From contig CAJYPS010000001.1 of the NCBI GenBank assembly GCA_913777145.1, forward strand, positions 54,320 through 118,319: a stretch of DNA of 64,000 nucleotides, read 5' to 3'. The position numbers were made by a program, and so were the translations under genes. The DNA is from an uncultured Roseateles sp. (GTDB taxonomy: Bacteria; Pseudomonadota; Gammaproteobacteria; Burkholderiales; Burkholderiaceae_C). Shown piece by piece: positions 44,129-56,228 of this stretch (position 1 is the stretch's first letter; every line of letters starts with the position of its first letter). Under the pieces are notes generated by a model, which was not told the DNA's origin, made no database searches, and saw nothing but the letters and a program-made list of their open reading frames with translations.

Positions 44129-44941
44129 ATGACAAATACCGAACAAGCAAGGCGCCTGCGAGCTGCGCCGGACCGCCAGCGCCAGGCGGTGTTTCCCTCC
44201 CTGGCCGGGCGCACGGTGTTCGTGACCGGCGGCGGCAGCGGCATAGGCGCGGCCATCGTGGAGGCGTTTGCGCTGCAGGGCGCGCGCGTGGCCTTCATAG
44301 ACATCGCGCAGGACGCCAGCGAGGCACTGAGCGAGCGCCTGGCCGGCCTGGGCCTGCCCAAGCCCTGGTGGCGGCGCGTGGACGTGAGCGATGTGGCGGC
44401 CCTGCAGGCCGCGATCGGCGATGCCGCCGCCGCGCTGGGCGACTTCGCGGTGCTGGTCAACAACGTGGCCAGCGACGAGCGCCACACGCTGGAAGCGGTG
44501 ACGCCCGACTACTACGATCAGCGCATGGCGATCAACGAGCGCCCGTCGCTGTTCGCGATCCAGTCCGTCGTGCCCGGCATGCGCGCACTGGGCGGCGGCT
44601 CCATCATCAACCTGGGCTCCACCGGCTGGCAGAGCAAGAGCGGCGGCTACCCCTGCTATGCGATCGCCAAGTCCTCGGTGAACGGCCTCACGCGCGGGCT
44701 GGCCAAGCCGCTGGGCGAACACGGCATACGCATCAACACGGTGTCGCCGGGCTGGGTGATGACCGAGCGCCAGCTGACGCTGTGGATGAACGACGCGGCC
44801 GAGGACGAGATCCGCCGCAACCAGTGCCTGCCGGACAAGCTGATCCCGCACGACATCGCCGCGATGGTGCTGTTCCTGGCGGCGGACGAGTCGTCCATGT
44901 GCACCGCGCAGGAGTTCAAGGTCGACGCCGGCTGGACCTGA
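44129..44941 (+). CDS. SDR-family aldose 1-dehydrogenase (XylB-like; likely L-arabinose/D-galactose)
   Basis: TGGGSGIG, LVNNVASDERH, YAIAK, PGWVMTERQ; cluster context. Confidence 0.82.
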   Translation: MTNTEQARRLRAAPDRQRQAVFPSLAGRTVFVTGGGSGIGAAIVEAFALQGARVAFIDIAQDASEALSERLAGLGLPKPWWRRVDVSDVAALQAAIGDAAAALGDFAVLVNNVASDERHTLEAVTPDYYDQRMAINERPSLFAIQSVVPGMRALGGGSIINLGSTGWQSKSGGYPCYAIAKSSVNGLTRGLAKPLGEHGIRINTVSPGWVMTERQLTLWMNDAAEDEIRRNQCLPDKLIPHDIAAMVLFLAADESSMCTAQEFKVDAGWT

Positions 44942-44956
44942 GCGCGGCAGCGCCGC

Positions 44957-45931
44957 TCAGGCGCCCTCGCCCCAGTCGAGGCTGCCGGCCTCGCCATAGG
45001 CGCTGAGGCAGGCCGATTTGAGCGCCCGCATCATCACCTTGGCGCCCGGCGACAGTAGCTGGTCACAGCGGGTGATGATGCCGAAGGCGTCCATGCGGCA
45101 GGGCAGGGACAGCGGCAGCATGGCCACCATGCCATGGGCCGCGTAGTACTTGGCGACCTCGGTGGGCACCAGCGCCACCATGTCGCTCTGCTGCAGCATC
45201 TTGGTGATGAACAGCAGCGAGGCGGTCTCCACGATGTTGGTGGGCGGCGCCAGGCTGGCCTCCTGGAACATCAGGTCGAAGCGGTGGCGCAGCACGCTGC
45301 CGGCGGGCGGCGTGATCCAGCCCACGTCGGCCACGTCCTCCAGGCGCAACTGCTGACGACGCAGCAGCGCATGACCACCGCGCACCATCGCGCAGATGGG
45401 CTCCTCGCTGAGCCGCTCGTAGCGGAACAGCTGCTTGTCATGCTCGGCGCCCAGGCGCGCGACCACCATGTCCAGCTGCCCCTGGCTGAGCCGCTCCAGC
45501 AGCACCGGGCTGGTCTCGATGTCCAGCGAGATGCGCAGGCTGCTGTGCTCGCTCTTGGCCTGGGCGATGGCGGCCGGCATCACGACCAGGCTGGGCGTCA
45601 TGATGGCGCCCACCCGCACCTGACCGAAGCGCCCTTCCTTCAGCGCCTCGATCTCGCCATGGGCCAGCTCCAGGCTGGTGATCACCATGCGCGCATGGCG
45701 TATCAGGCTCTCGCCATACCAGGTCGGGCGCATGCCGCGCGGCAGGCGCTCGAACAGCTGCACGGCCAGCACATCCTCCAGATCCTTGAGCAGCTTGGAC
45801 GCCGCCGGCTGCGTCATGTTGAGCACCTGGGCCGCGCGGTGGATGTTGCCCTCGTCGGCCAAGGCCACCAGCAGCAACAGCTGCCGGGTCTTGAGCCGGC
45901 CCCGGATGAACCACTGGGAGTTGGTCGACAT
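44957..45931 (-). CDS. LysR-family regulator, GbpR-like
   Basis: LKTRQL...AAQVLNMTQPAASKLL; divergent from chvE as for GbpR. Confidence 0.92.
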   Translation of the reverse strand: MSTNSQWFIRGRLKTRQLLLLVALADEGNIHRAAQVLNMTQPAASKLLKDLEDVLAVQLFERLPRGMRPTWYGESLIRHARMVITSLELAHGEIEALKEGRFGQVRVGAIMTPSLVVMPAAIAQAKSEHSSLRISLDIETSPVLLERLSQGQLDMVVARLGAEHDKQLFRYERLSEEPICAMVRGGHALLRRQQLRLEDVADVGWITPPAGSVLRHRFDLMFQEASLAPPTNIVETASLLFITKMLQQSDMVALVPTEVAKYYAAHGMVAMLPLSLPCRMDAFGIITRCDQLLSPGAKVMMRALKSACLSAYGEAGSLDWGEGA

Positions 45932-46030
45932 AAGGGTTAACGCCTATCCAAGAACAGATATCAAAACCGCACTCGATTTCATAGCATCGATAGCAATCGG
46001 AGAATTAGACTAAAGCCGTCACATTGAAGC
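45932..46030. promoter_or_regulatory. AT-rich LysR/chvE divergent control region
   Basis: Contains TATC-N8-GATA and GATATC near the LysR start; site assignment uncertain. Confidence 0.4.
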
Positions 46031-46179
46031 AAGTGCATGACGGCCTGCGCAGCTTGCGCACCTCAGGGCGGACAAGCCATGCCGGATGCGACATCCCGCA
46101 GCGACTCAAAGAACAACGCGCCTGTGCCTGTGCTGCGGCAGCGCGGATGGCACGCATGTGCATTGGTAGGAGACAAAGA

Positions 46180-47241
46180 ATGAGACGAACCTTCGTCAAG
46201 GCGCTGGCCTGCGCGGCTGCGCTGCTGGCCGGTGGCAGCGCCCTCGCCCAGGGCAAGGGCCTGGTGGCGGTGTCCATGCCCACCAAGTCCTCGTCGCGCT
46301 GGATCGCGGACGGCGACAACATGGTGCGCAGCCTCAAGGAAAAGGGCTACAGCGCCGACCTGCAGTACGCCGAGGACGACATTCCCAATCAGCTCGCGCA
46401 GATTGAGAACATGCTCAACAAGCGCCCCAAGGTGCTGGTGATCGCCGCCATCGACGGCACCACGCTGTCGGACGTGCTGCAAAAGGCGGCCGACCGCGGC
46501 GTCAAGGTGATCGCCTATGACCGCCTGATCCGCGGCACCAAGAACGTCGACTACTACGCGACCTTCGACAACTTCCAGGTCGGCGTGCTGCAGGCCAACT
46601 CCATCGTCGACAAGCTGGGCCTGAAGCAGGGCAAGGGCCCGTTCAACATCGAGCTGTTCGGCGGCTCGCCGGACGACAACAACGCCTTCTTCTTCTACAA
46701 CGGCGCGATGTCGGTGCTGAAGCCCTACATCGACGGCGGCAAGCTGGTGGTGCGCAGCAAGCAGATGGGCATGGACAAGATAGGCACGCTGCGCTGGGAC
46801 GGCGCCGTGGCCCAGGCCCGCATGGACAACCTGCTGTCCGCCTACTACGGCAAGGAAAAGCTGCACGCGGTGCTGTCGCCCTATGACGGCCTGTCCATCG
46901 GCATCCTGTCCTCGCTCAAGGGCGTGGGCTATTGCAGCAGCCAGCAGCCCTGCCCGGTGGTCAGCGGCCAGGACGCCGAGATCCCCTCGGTGAAGTCCAT
47001 CCTGCGCGGCGAGCAGTACTCCACCGTGTTCAAGGACACGCGCCAGCTGGCCAGCGTGACGGTGGCCATGATCGACGCGCTGCTGTCGGGCCAGCAGCCC
47101 ACGGTCAACGACACCAAGACCTACAACAACGGCGCCAAGGTCGTGCCCTCCTACCTGCTCAAGCCGATCAGCGTGGACGCCAGCAACTGGAAGGCCGCCC
47201 TGGTCGACAGCGGCTACTACAAGGAAGCCCAGCTGAAGTAA
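46180..47241 (+). CDS. chvE: Multiple-monosaccharide ABC transporter substrate-binding protein
   Basis: AGGAG RBS; [40 protein letters not shown]. Confidence 0.94.
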   Translation: MRRTFVKALACAAALLAGGSALAQGKGLVAVSMPTKSSSRWIADGDNMVRSLKEKGYSADLQYAEDDIPNQLAQIENMLNKRPKVLVIAAIDGTTLSDVLQKAADRGVKVIAYDRLIRGTKNVDYYATFDNFQVGVLQANSIVDKLGLKQGKGPFNIELFGGSPDDNNAFFFYNGAMSVLKPYIDGGKLVVRSKQMGMDKIGTLRWDGAVAQARMDNLLSAYYGKEKLHAVLSPYDGLSIGILSSLKGVGYCSSQQPCPVVSGQDAEIPSVKSILRGEQYSTVFKDTRQLASVTVAMIDALLSGQQPTVNDTKTYNNGAKVVPSYLLKPISVDASNWKAALVDSGYYKEAQLK

Positions 47242-47249
47242 GCGGGCAA

Positions 47250-47283
47250 GGCGGGCCCGCCGTGCGCGTCACGGCGGCCCGCC
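47250..47283 (+). other. Intercistronic stem-loop after chvE
   Basis: GGCGGGC(C)CGCCGTG-cgcgt-CACGGCGGCCCGCC, 14 bp with one bulge. Confidence 0.65.
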
Positions 47284-47308
47284 CTCAGCGATACGAAGAG
47301 GGAAGGCC

Positions 47309-48837
<1,529 letters not shown>

Positions 48838-48841
<4 letters not shown>

Positions 48842-50031
48842 CTACTGAAACGATACCGGCCGCCAAGGGCCGGATGCCGGCATTTAATTTCCTGCTCGGC
48901 AATATTCGTGACTACGCGATGCTGCTGTCGCTGGTCTTCATCATGGGCCTGTTCCAGTGGCTCACCGACGGGATTCTTCTCGAGCCGCTGAATCTCACCA
49001 ACCTGGTGCTGCAGAACAGCTACATCGTCGTGATGGCGCTGGGCATGCTGCTGGTCATCGTGGCCGGCCACATCGACCTGTCGGTGGGCTCGGTGTGCGG
49101 CTTCATCGGTGCGCTGGCGGCGGTGCTGATGGTGCGCTTCGAGTGGCATTTCGTGCCCACCGTGCTGCTGAGCGTGCTGGCCGGCGCGCTGATAGGCGCG
49201 GTGCAGGGCTGGTTCGTCGCCTATGCGCGCATCCCCTCCTTCATCGTCACGCTGGGCGGCATGCTGGTGTTCAAGGGCCTGACACTGGCGCTGCTGCAGG
49301 GCCAGTCTGTGGGGCCCTTCCCCGAGACCTTCCAGAAGCTCAGCTCCGGCTTCATCCCCGACCCGCTGGGCGGCGAGTCGCTGCGCCTGCTGTCGCTGCT
49401 GCTGGCCGCCGCCGTGGCCGCGCTGCTGGTGGCCACCGAATGGCGCAAGCGCATCAAGCAGCAGGCCCAGGGCATGGACACCGAGCCGGCCGCGTTCTTC
49501 GCGGTGCGCACCGGCGCCTTCGCGGCGGCCATGCTCTATGTCGGCTGGCTGCTGTCCACCTACAAGGGCCTGCCCAATGTGCTGGTGCTGATGGCCGCGC
49601 TGATCGTGCTCTACCAGTTCGTGACCACGCAGACCACGGTGGGCCGGCGCATCTATGCGCTGGGCGGCAACGAGAAGGCCACCCGCCTGTCCGGCATCAA
49701 CACCCAGCGCCTGACCTTTGCGGCCTTCGCCAACATGGGCGCGCTGGCCGGCCTGGCCGGCCTGATCTTCGCGGCCCGCCTCAACACCGCCACGCCCAAG
49801 GCCGGCCTGGGCTTCGAGCTGGACGTGATCGCGGCCTGCTTCATCGGCGGGGCCTCGGCCTCCGGCGGCGTCGGCAAGGTGGCCGGCGCGGTGATTGGCG
49901 CGCTGATCATGGGCGTGATGAACAACGGTATGTCCATCATGGGCATAGGGATTGATTACCAGCAGGTCATCAAGGGCCTGGTATTGCTGGCGGCGGTGTT
50001 CGTCGACGTTTATCACAAGAACCGCGGCTGA
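48838..50031 (+). CDS. gguB: Monosaccharide ABC transporter permease (GguB/MmsB)
   Basis: [43 protein letters not shown]. Confidence 0.94.
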
Positions 50032-50053
50032 TTGCGCGGCGAGGAATCTGAAT

Positions 50054-51787
50054 ATGGCAGACAAGCCCAAGAAACTGCGTTCGGCCGAATGGTTTGGCAC
50101 GGCCGACAAGAATGGATTCATGTACCGGAGCTGGATGAAGAACCAGGGCATTCCGGACCATGAATTTGATGGCCGCCCCATCATCGGTATTTGCAATACC
50201 TGGTCGGAACTGACGCCCTGCAATGCGCATTTCCAGAAGATCGCCGAGCATGTGAAGCGCGGCGTGCTGGAGGCCGGCGGGTTTCCGGTCGAGTTCCCGG
50301 TGTTTTCCAACGGCGAATCCAACCTGCGCCCCACCGCGATGCTGACCCGCAACCTCGCGGCCATGGACGTGGAGGAAGCCATACGCGGCAACCCGGTGGA
50401 CGCGGTGGTGCTGCTGGTGGGCTGCGACAAGACCACGCCCGCGCTGCTGATGGGCGCGGCCAGCTGCGACATCCCGGCCATCGTCGTGACCGGCGGCCCC
50501 ATGCTCAACGGCAAGCTGGAGGGCCGCAACATCGGCTCCGGCACCGCGGTCTGGCAGTTGCATGAATCGCTGAAGGCCGGCGAGATCAACATGCACCAGT
50601 TCCTGGCGGCCGAGGGCGGCATGAGCCGCTCCGCCGGCACCTGCAACACCATGGGCACGGCCTCCACCATGGCCTGCATGGCCGAGGCGCTGGGCACCTC
50701 GCTGCCGCACAACGCCGCCATCCCGGCGGTGGACGCGCGCCGCTATGTGCTGGCCCATATGTCGGGCATACGCATCGTCGAGATGGCCCACGAGGGCCTG
50801 AGCCTGTCCAAGATCCTGACCCGCGAGGCCTTCGAGAACGCGATCCGCACCAATGCGGCCATCGGCGGCTCCACCAACGCGGTCATCCACCTCAAGGCCA
50901 TCGCCGGCCGCATCGGCGTGGACCTGGCGCTGGAGGACTGGACCCGCATAGGCCGCGGCACGCCCACCATCGTGGACCTGCTGCCCTCGGGCCGCTTCCT
51001 GATGGAGGAGTTCTATTACGCCGGCGGCCTGCCCGCAGTGCTGCGCCGCCTGGGCGAAGGCGGCCTGCTGCCCCACCCCGATGCGCTGACCGTCAACGGC
51101 AAGACGCTGTGGGAGAACGTCCACGACGCGCCCAACTACGACCCCGAGGTGATCCGCCCGCTGGACAAGCCGCTGGTCAAGGACGGCGGCATCTGCGTGC
51201 TGCGCGGCAATCTGGCGCCGCGCGGTGCGGTGCTCAAGCCCTCGGCGGCCTCGCCCCACCTGCTCAAGCACCGCGGCCGCGCCGTGGTGTTCGAGAACTT
51301 CCCGCACTACAAGGAGCGCATCAACGACGAGGCGCTGGACGTGGACGCGAACTCGGTGCTGGTGATGAAGAACTGCGGCCCCAAGGGCTACCCCGGCATG
51401 GCCGAGGTCGGCAACATGGGCCTGCCGCCCAAGCTGCTGAAGCAGGGCATCAAGGACATGGTGCGCATCTCCGACGCCCGCATGAGCGGCACCGCCTACG
51501 GCACCGTGGTGCTGCATGTGGCGCCCGAGGCGGCTGCCGGCGGCCCGCTGGCCGCGGTGCGCGACGGCGACTGGATAGAGCTGGACTGCGAGACCGGCCG
51601 CCTGCACCTGGACATCAGCGAGCAGGAGCTGGCCGAGCGCATGGCCGCACTGGCCCCGGTGCAGAAGGCCCAGGGCGGCGGCTACAAGCAGCTCTACATC
51701 GACCACGTGATGCAGGCCGACGAGGGCTGCGACTTCGACTTCCTGGTCGGCTGCCGCGGTGCGGCCGTGCCCAGCCACTCGCACTGA
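50054..51787 (+). CDS. L-arabinonate dehydratase (IlvD/Edd family; AraC in Azospirillum nomenclature)
   Basis: LRSAEWFGTADKNGFMYRSWMKNQGIPDHEFDGRPIIGICNTWSELTPCNAHF closely matches the recalled Azospirillum enzyme; GCDKT, CNTMGTAS, SDARMSG. Confidence 0.9.
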   Translation: MADKPKKLRSAEWFGTADKNGFMYRSWMKNQGIPDHEFDGRPIIGICNTWSELTPCNAHFQKIAEHVKRGVLEAGGFPVEFPVFSNGESNLRPTAMLTRNLAAMDVEEAIRGNPVDAVVLLVGCDKTTPALLMGAASCDIPAIVVTGGPMLNGKLEGRNIGSGTAVWQLHESLKAGEINMHQFLAAEGGMSRSAGTCNTMGTASTMACMAEALGTSLPHNAAIPAVDARRYVLAHMSGIRIVEMAHEGLSLSKILTREAFENAIRTNAAIGGSTNAVIHLKAIAGRIGVDLALEDWTRIGRGTPTIVDLLPSGRFLMEEFYYAGGLPAVLRRLGEGGLLPHPDALTVNGKTLWENVHDAPNYDPEVIRPLDKPLVKDGGICVLRGNLAPRGAVLKPSAASPHLLKHRGRAVVFENFPHYKERINDEALDVDANSVLVMKNCGPKGYPGMAEVGNMGLPPKLLKQGIKDMVRISDARMSGTAYGTVVLHVAPEAAAGGPLAAVRDGDWIELDCETGRLHLDISEQELAERMAALAPVQKAQGGGYKQLYIDHVMQADEGCDFDFLVGCRGAAVPSHSH

Positions 51788-51797
51788 GGCCGCAGCC

Positions 51798-52736
51798 ATG
51801 TCTCAAGCCAACTCCCGCCCCACGCCGCGCTACCAGGGCGTGTTCCCGGTCGTGCCCACCACCTTCACCGCCAGCGGCGAGCTGGACCTGGAGAGCCAGA
51901 AGCGCTGCGTGGACTTCATGATCGACGCCGGCTCCCACGGCCTGTGCATCCTGGCGAACTTCTCGGAGCAGTTCGCGCTGTCCGACGCCGAGCGCGAGAC
52001 GCTCACGCGCACGATGCTGGAGCATGTGGGCGGCCGCGTGCCGGTGATCGTCACCACCTCGCACTTCTCCACCGCGGTCTGCGCCCAGCGCAGCCGCGCG
52101 GCCCAGGAGATGGGCGCGGCCATGGTGATGATCATGCCGCCCTACCACGGCGCCACCTTCCGTGTGCCCGAGGCGCGCATCCAGGAGTTCTATGCGCGGG
52201 TGTCGGATGCGATCGACATCCCCATCATGATCCAGGACGCGCCGGCCAGCGGCACCGTGCTGTCAGCCCCGCTGCTGGCCCGCATGGCGCGCGAGATCGA
52301 GCAGGTCAGCTACTTCAAGATCGAGACCGCCGGCGCGGCCTCCAAGCTGCGCGAGCTGATCGCGCTGGGCGGCGACGCGATCGAAGGCCCCTGGGACGGC
52401 GAAGAGGCCATCACCCTCTTCCCCGACCTGGAGGCGGGTGCCACCGGCGCGATGACCGGCGGCGCCTATCCCGACGGCATACGCCCCATCCTGGAGGCCT
52501 ATGCCCGCGGTGACCGCGAGCAGGCTTTCGCGCTCTACCAGCAGTGGCTGCCGCTGATCAACTACGAGAACCGCCAGACCGGCCTGCTCGCGGCCAAGGT
52601 GCTGATGCAGGAAGGCGGCGTGATCGCCTGTGACGCCGGCCGCCACCCCTGGCCCGAGCTCCATCCCGACACGCGCCGCGGCCTCATCGAGACCGCCCGC
52701 CGCCTGGACCCGCTGGTGCTGCGCTGGGCGCGCTGA
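51798..52736 (+). CDS. 2-keto-3-deoxy-L-arabinonate dehydratase (DHDPS family; AraD in Azospirillum nomenclature)
   Basis: GVFPVVPTTF, LANFSEQF, MPPYHGAT, IQDAP, YFKIE, GPWDGEEAITL. Confidence 0.9.
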   Translation: MSQANSRPTPRYQGVFPVVPTTFTASGELDLESQKRCVDFMIDAGSHGLCILANFSEQFALSDAERETLTRTMLEHVGGRVPVIVTTSHFSTAVCAQRSRAAQEMGAAMVMIMPPYHGATFRVPEARIQEFYARVSDAIDIPIMIQDAPASGTVLSAPLLARMAREIEQVSYFKIETAGAASKLRELIALGGDAIEGPWDGEEAITLFPDLEAGATGAMTGGAYPDGIRPILEAYARGDREQAFALYQQWLPLINYENRQTGLLAAKVLMQEGGVIACDAGRHPWPELHPDTRRGLIETARRLDPLVLRWAR

Positions 52737-52753
52737 ACCCGGCAACACCCGCC

Positions 52754-53704
52754 ATGAGCGAGATCCGCCTGCTCGGCCTGGACTGGGGCACCAGCGCGCT
52801 GCGCGCCTATGCCTACGACGGCCAGGGCCGGGCGCTGGAGAGCCGCCACTCGGCCCACGGCCTGATGAATCTGCCGCCAGGCGGCTTCGCGCAGGCGCTG
52901 CAGCAGCTGTGCGGCGACTGGCTGGCCGCCAGGCCGGACGCGCCGGTGCTGGCCTGCGGCATGGTGGGCAGCGCCCAGGGCTGGGCCGAGGTGCCCTATG
53001 CCGAACTGGACGGCGGCGAGGCCGCGCTGGCCGCCGGCCTGCGCCCGGTCAGCGGCCCGGGCGGCCGGCCGGTGCACCTGGCGCCGGGGCTGATACAGCG
53101 CGGCGACCTGCCCGAGGTAATGCGCGGCGAGGAAACCCAGGTGCTGGGCGTGCTGCAGACCCTGGGCGCGGACGACGAATCCCTGCTGATCGGCCTGCCC
53201 GGCACGCACAGCAAATGGGTGTGGGTGCGGCGGGGCGTGGTGCAGCGCTTTTGCAGCTTCATGACCGGCGAGATTTTTGCGGCGCTGCGCGGCCACACCA
53301 TCCTGGGCCGCACGCTGCCCGCCGGGCATGACGCCAGCACCTTCGATGCGCCCGCCTTCGAGCGCGGGCTCGCGGTCGCCGCCCAGCCCGCCGGCCGCCT
53401 GGGCCTGCTGTCCAACGCCTTCAGCATGCGCAGCCTGTTCCTGACCGGCGCGCTGGCGGCGGAGGCGCAGTTCGACTACCTCTCCGGCCTGCTAATAGGC
53501 CACGAGCTGGCCGGTCTGCAGGCCGGTTTCCTGCCCGCCGACACGCCACCGCCGCGCCTGGTGCTGTGCGGCAGCGATGCGCTGTGCGAGCGCTATGCGC
53601 TGGCGCTGCGCCAGCAGGGCCTGGGCCGTGCCGAGCTGCTGCCCCAGGCCACCGCCGCCGGCCTGTGGCGGCTGGCCGGCCGTGCGGGCCTGCTCAAACC
53701 CTGA
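52754..53704 (+). CDS. dgoK: 2-dehydro-3-deoxygalactonokinase
   Basis: DWGTSALRAY, CGMVGS, VMRGEETQ, PGTHSKW, FMTGE, LSGLLIGHE. Confidence 0.95.
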   Translation: MSEIRLLGLDWGTSALRAYAYDGQGRALESRHSAHGLMNLPPGGFAQALQQLCGDWLAARPDAPVLACGMVGSAQGWAEVPYAELDGGEAALAAGLRPVSGPGGRPVHLAPGLIQRGDLPEVMRGEETQVLGVLQTLGADDESLLIGLPGTHSKWVWVRRGVVQRFCSFMTGEIFAALRGHTILGRTLPAGHDASTFDAPAFERGLAVAAQPAGRLGLLSNAFSMRSLFLTGALAAEAQFDYLSGLLIGHELAGLQAGFLPADTPPPRLVLCGSDALCERYALALRQQGLGRAELLPQATAAGLWRLAGRAGLLKP

Positions 53705-53708
53705 GAGT

Positions 53709-53744
53709 TTGAGAGGCTTTCAGCCATGCCCGAAAACCTCTCAA
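53709..53744 (+). other. Intercistronic stem-loop between dgoK and dgoA
   Basis: TTGAGAGGCTTTC / GAAAACCTCTCAA, 13 positions with one mismatch, 10-nt loop. Confidence 0.55.
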
Positions 53745-53774
53745 GCCCTGACCCCTTTCCTTCCTGGAGCACCC

Positions 53775-54410
53775 ATGTCCGCCACCCGCCTGAACGCTGC
53801 GCTGCAGCACTGCGGCCTGATCGCCATCCTGCGCGGCCTGGACCCGGCCTCGGCCGTGCCCATAGGCCAGGCCCTCTATGACGCGGGCTTTCGCGCGCTG
53901 GAGGTGCCGCTGAACTCGCCGCAGCCGCTGGACAGCATCGCCGCGCTGAGCCGCGCGCTGCCCGACGACTGCGTGGTCGGCGCCGGCACCGTGCTGAACC
54001 CGGCCGACTGCGCCGCCATCGCGGCCGCCGGGGGCCGCGTGGTCGTGATGCCCCACAGCGATGCCGCGGTCATCCGCGCGGCCAAGGCCGCCGGCCTGGC
54101 CTGCGCGCCCGGCGTGGCCACGCCCACCGAGGCCTTCGCCGCGCTGGCCGCCGGCGCCGACGTGCTGAAGATGTTCCCCGCCGAAAGCCTGGGCCCGCAA
54201 ACGCTCAAGGCCTGGCGCGCGGTGCTGCGCCCGCCCATCGCCATCTTGCCGGTGGGCGGCATCACGCCCGACAACCTGGGCACCTATGTGCAGGCCGGCG
54301 CCAGCGGCTTCGGCCTGGGCTCGGCGCTGTACCGCCCCGGTGACGACGCCACCCGCGTTGCGCAGCAGGCGCGCGCCTTCGTGCAGGCCTGGCAGGCCGC
54401 CACGCGCTGA
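53775..54410 (+). CDS. dgoA: 2-dehydro-3-deoxy-6-phosphogalactonate aldolase
   Basis: IAILRG, EVPLNSP, GAGTV, PGVATPTEA, LKMFPAE, PVGGI; start ATG 53775. Confidence 0.94.
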   Translation: MSATRLNAALQHCGLIAILRGLDPASAVPIGQALYDAGFRALEVPLNSPQPLDSIAALSRALPDDCVVGAGTVLNPADCAAIAAAGGRVVVMPHSDAAVIRAAKAAGLACAPGVATPTEAFAALAAGADVLKMFPAESLGPQTLKAWRAVLRPPIAILPVGGITPDNLGTYVQAGASGFGLGSALYRPGDDATRVAQQARAFVQAWQAATR

Positions 54411-54443
54411 CGCTCCCTTCCCACAAGACTTGACCCCACGCCC

Positions 54444-55595
54444 ATGAAGATCACCCGGCTCACCACCTTCATCGTCCCGCCGCGCTGGTGCTTTCTGAAG
54501 ATTGAAACCGACGCCGGCCTCGTGGGCTGGGGCGAGCCGGTGCTGGAGGGCCGCGCCCACGCAGTGGCCGCCATGGTCGAGGAAATGGCCGACGAGCTGG
54601 TGGGCCGCGACCCGCGCCACATCGAGGACATCTGGACCGTGCTCTACCGCGGCGCCTTCTACCGCGGCGGCGGCATCCACATGAGCGCGCTGGCCGGCAT
54701 CGACCAGGCGCTGTGGGACATCAAGGGCAAGGACGCCGGCCTGTCGGTCGCGCAGATGCTGGGCGGGCCGGTGCGCGAGCGCATCCGCGTCTACAGCTGG
54801 ATAGGCGGCGACCGCCCGGCCGACACCGCCGCGGCCGCACGCCGCGCGGTGGAGCGCGGCTTCACCGCAGTCAAGATGAACGGCACCGAGGAGCTGCAGT
54901 ACGTGGACAGCCACGCCAAGGTGGAGCGCTGCCTGGAGAACGTGGCCGCGGTGCGCGAGGCCGTGGGCCCGCATGTGGGCATAGGCGTGGACTTCCACGG
55001 CCGCGTGCACAAGCCCATGGCCAAGGTGCTGCTCAAGGAGCTGGCGCCCTACAAGCTGATGTTCGTCGAGGAGCCGGTGCTGTCCGAGCACCACGAGGCG
55101 CTGCGCGAGCTGGCCCATGTGGCGGACGGCACGCCCATCGCGCTGGGCGAGCGCCTGTTCTCGCGCTGGGACTTCAAGCGCGTGCTCAGCGAGGGCTATG
55201 TGGACATCATCCAGCCCGACCCCTCGCATGCCGGCGGCATCACCGAGACCCGCAAGATCGCCGCGATGGCCGAGGCCTACGACGTGGCGCTGGCGCTGCA
55301 CTGCCCGCTGGGCCCGATCGCGCTGGCCGCCAACCTGCAGCTGGACGGCGTCTGCTACAACGCCTTCATCCAGGAGCAGAGCCTGGGCATCCACTACAAC
55401 GAGTCCAACGACCTGCTGGACTATGTGCGCAACCGCGAGGTGTTCGACTACCAGGACGGCATGGTCGCCATCCCGCAGGGCCCGGGCCTGGGCATAGAAG
55501 TGAACGAGGACTATGTGCGCGAGCGCGCCGCCGTGGGCCACCGCTGGCGCAACCCGGTGTGGCGCCACGCGGACGGCAGCTTCGCCGAGTGGTGA
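54444..55595 (+). CDS. dgoD: D-galactonate dehydratase
   Basis: VPPRWCFLKIETD, GWGEP, AVKMNG, DFHGR, FVEEP, GERL, IIQPD, HCPLGP, QEQSLGIHYN. Confidence 0.96.
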   Translation: MKITRLTTFIVPPRWCFLKIETDAGLVGWGEPVLEGRAHAVAAMVEEMADELVGRDPRHIEDIWTVLYRGAFYRGGGIHMSALAGIDQALWDIKGKDAGLSVAQMLGGPVRERIRVYSWIGGDRPADTAAAARRAVERGFTAVKMNGTEELQYVDSHAKVERCLENVAAVREAVGPHVGIGVDFHGRVHKPMAKVLLKELAPYKLMFVEEPVLSEHHEALRELAHVADGTPIALGERLFSRWDFKRVLSEGYVDIIQPDPSHAGGITETRKIAAMAEAYDVALALHCPLGPIALAANLQLDGVCYNAFIQEQSLGIHYNESNDLLDYVRNREVFDYQDGMVAIPQGPGLGIEVNEDYVRERAAVGHRWRNPVWRHADGSFAEW

Positions 55596-55625
55596 GGCCC
55601 TAGCGGCTCAAAAGCCTCAACGGCC

Positions 55626-56228
55626 TCAGCGCCGCACGTAGCGGGTGGCCGTCAGCTGCTCGGACACCGCGCTGGTCTTGTTGTCCACATAGCCGCGCGA
55701 GCGCATCTCGGCGCGCACCTCGCCGTCCGACGGGTAGGCCGCCGGGCCCTTGGGGTGCACGACCCAGACCGTCTTGCAAATCATGTCGGCGTGGAAGTCC
55801 GCCATGCGCGCCAGCTCGGCCGGCGACTGCACCACCGCCACCAGCATGCGGGCGGTGCGCGGGTTGCCGGTCAGGCCCTGACCCAGTGCCTCGGCCAGCG
55901 CCGGGTCCAGCGTGCCGCGGGTGGGGCCCATCAGCAGCGCCGGCGTTTCGGGGCTGATGCCCAGCTTGGCCGCCAGCGTGGGCGGCGGCGTCTGCAGCTT
56001 CTTCAGCCAGCGCGCGGCCTCGGCCTCGCCCAGCGCCAGCGCCACGGCTTCACCGTCGGCCTCGAAGCACAGCGACTGATCTTCCACGCGCAGCTGCTGC
56101 AGCGCGGCCAGCGCCCAGCGGCGCTTGAGCGCGCCACGCAGCACGATGGCGGTGGATTCGAGCAGCGCCTTGACCTCGTCGGCGGATTCTTGGCCGACGC
56201 GCGCGGCGCAGGTGGCTTCACGTCCCAT
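55626..56228 (-). CDS. Conserved hypothetical protein (C-terminal half DUF3052-like)
   Basis: 200 aa with host-like codon usage; TLAAKLGI and WVVHPKG...YVDNKTSAVSEQLTATRY; domain call from recall only. Confidence 0.65.
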   Translation of the reverse strand: MGREATCAARVGQESADEVKALLESTAIVLRGALKRRWALAALQQLRVEDQSLCFEADGEAVALALGEAEAARWLKKLQTPPPTLAAKLGISPETPALLMGPTRGTLDPALAEALGQGLTGNPRTARMLVAVVQSPAELARMADFHADMICKTVWVVHPKGPAAYPSDGEVRAEMRSRGYVDNKTSAVSEQLTATRYVRR

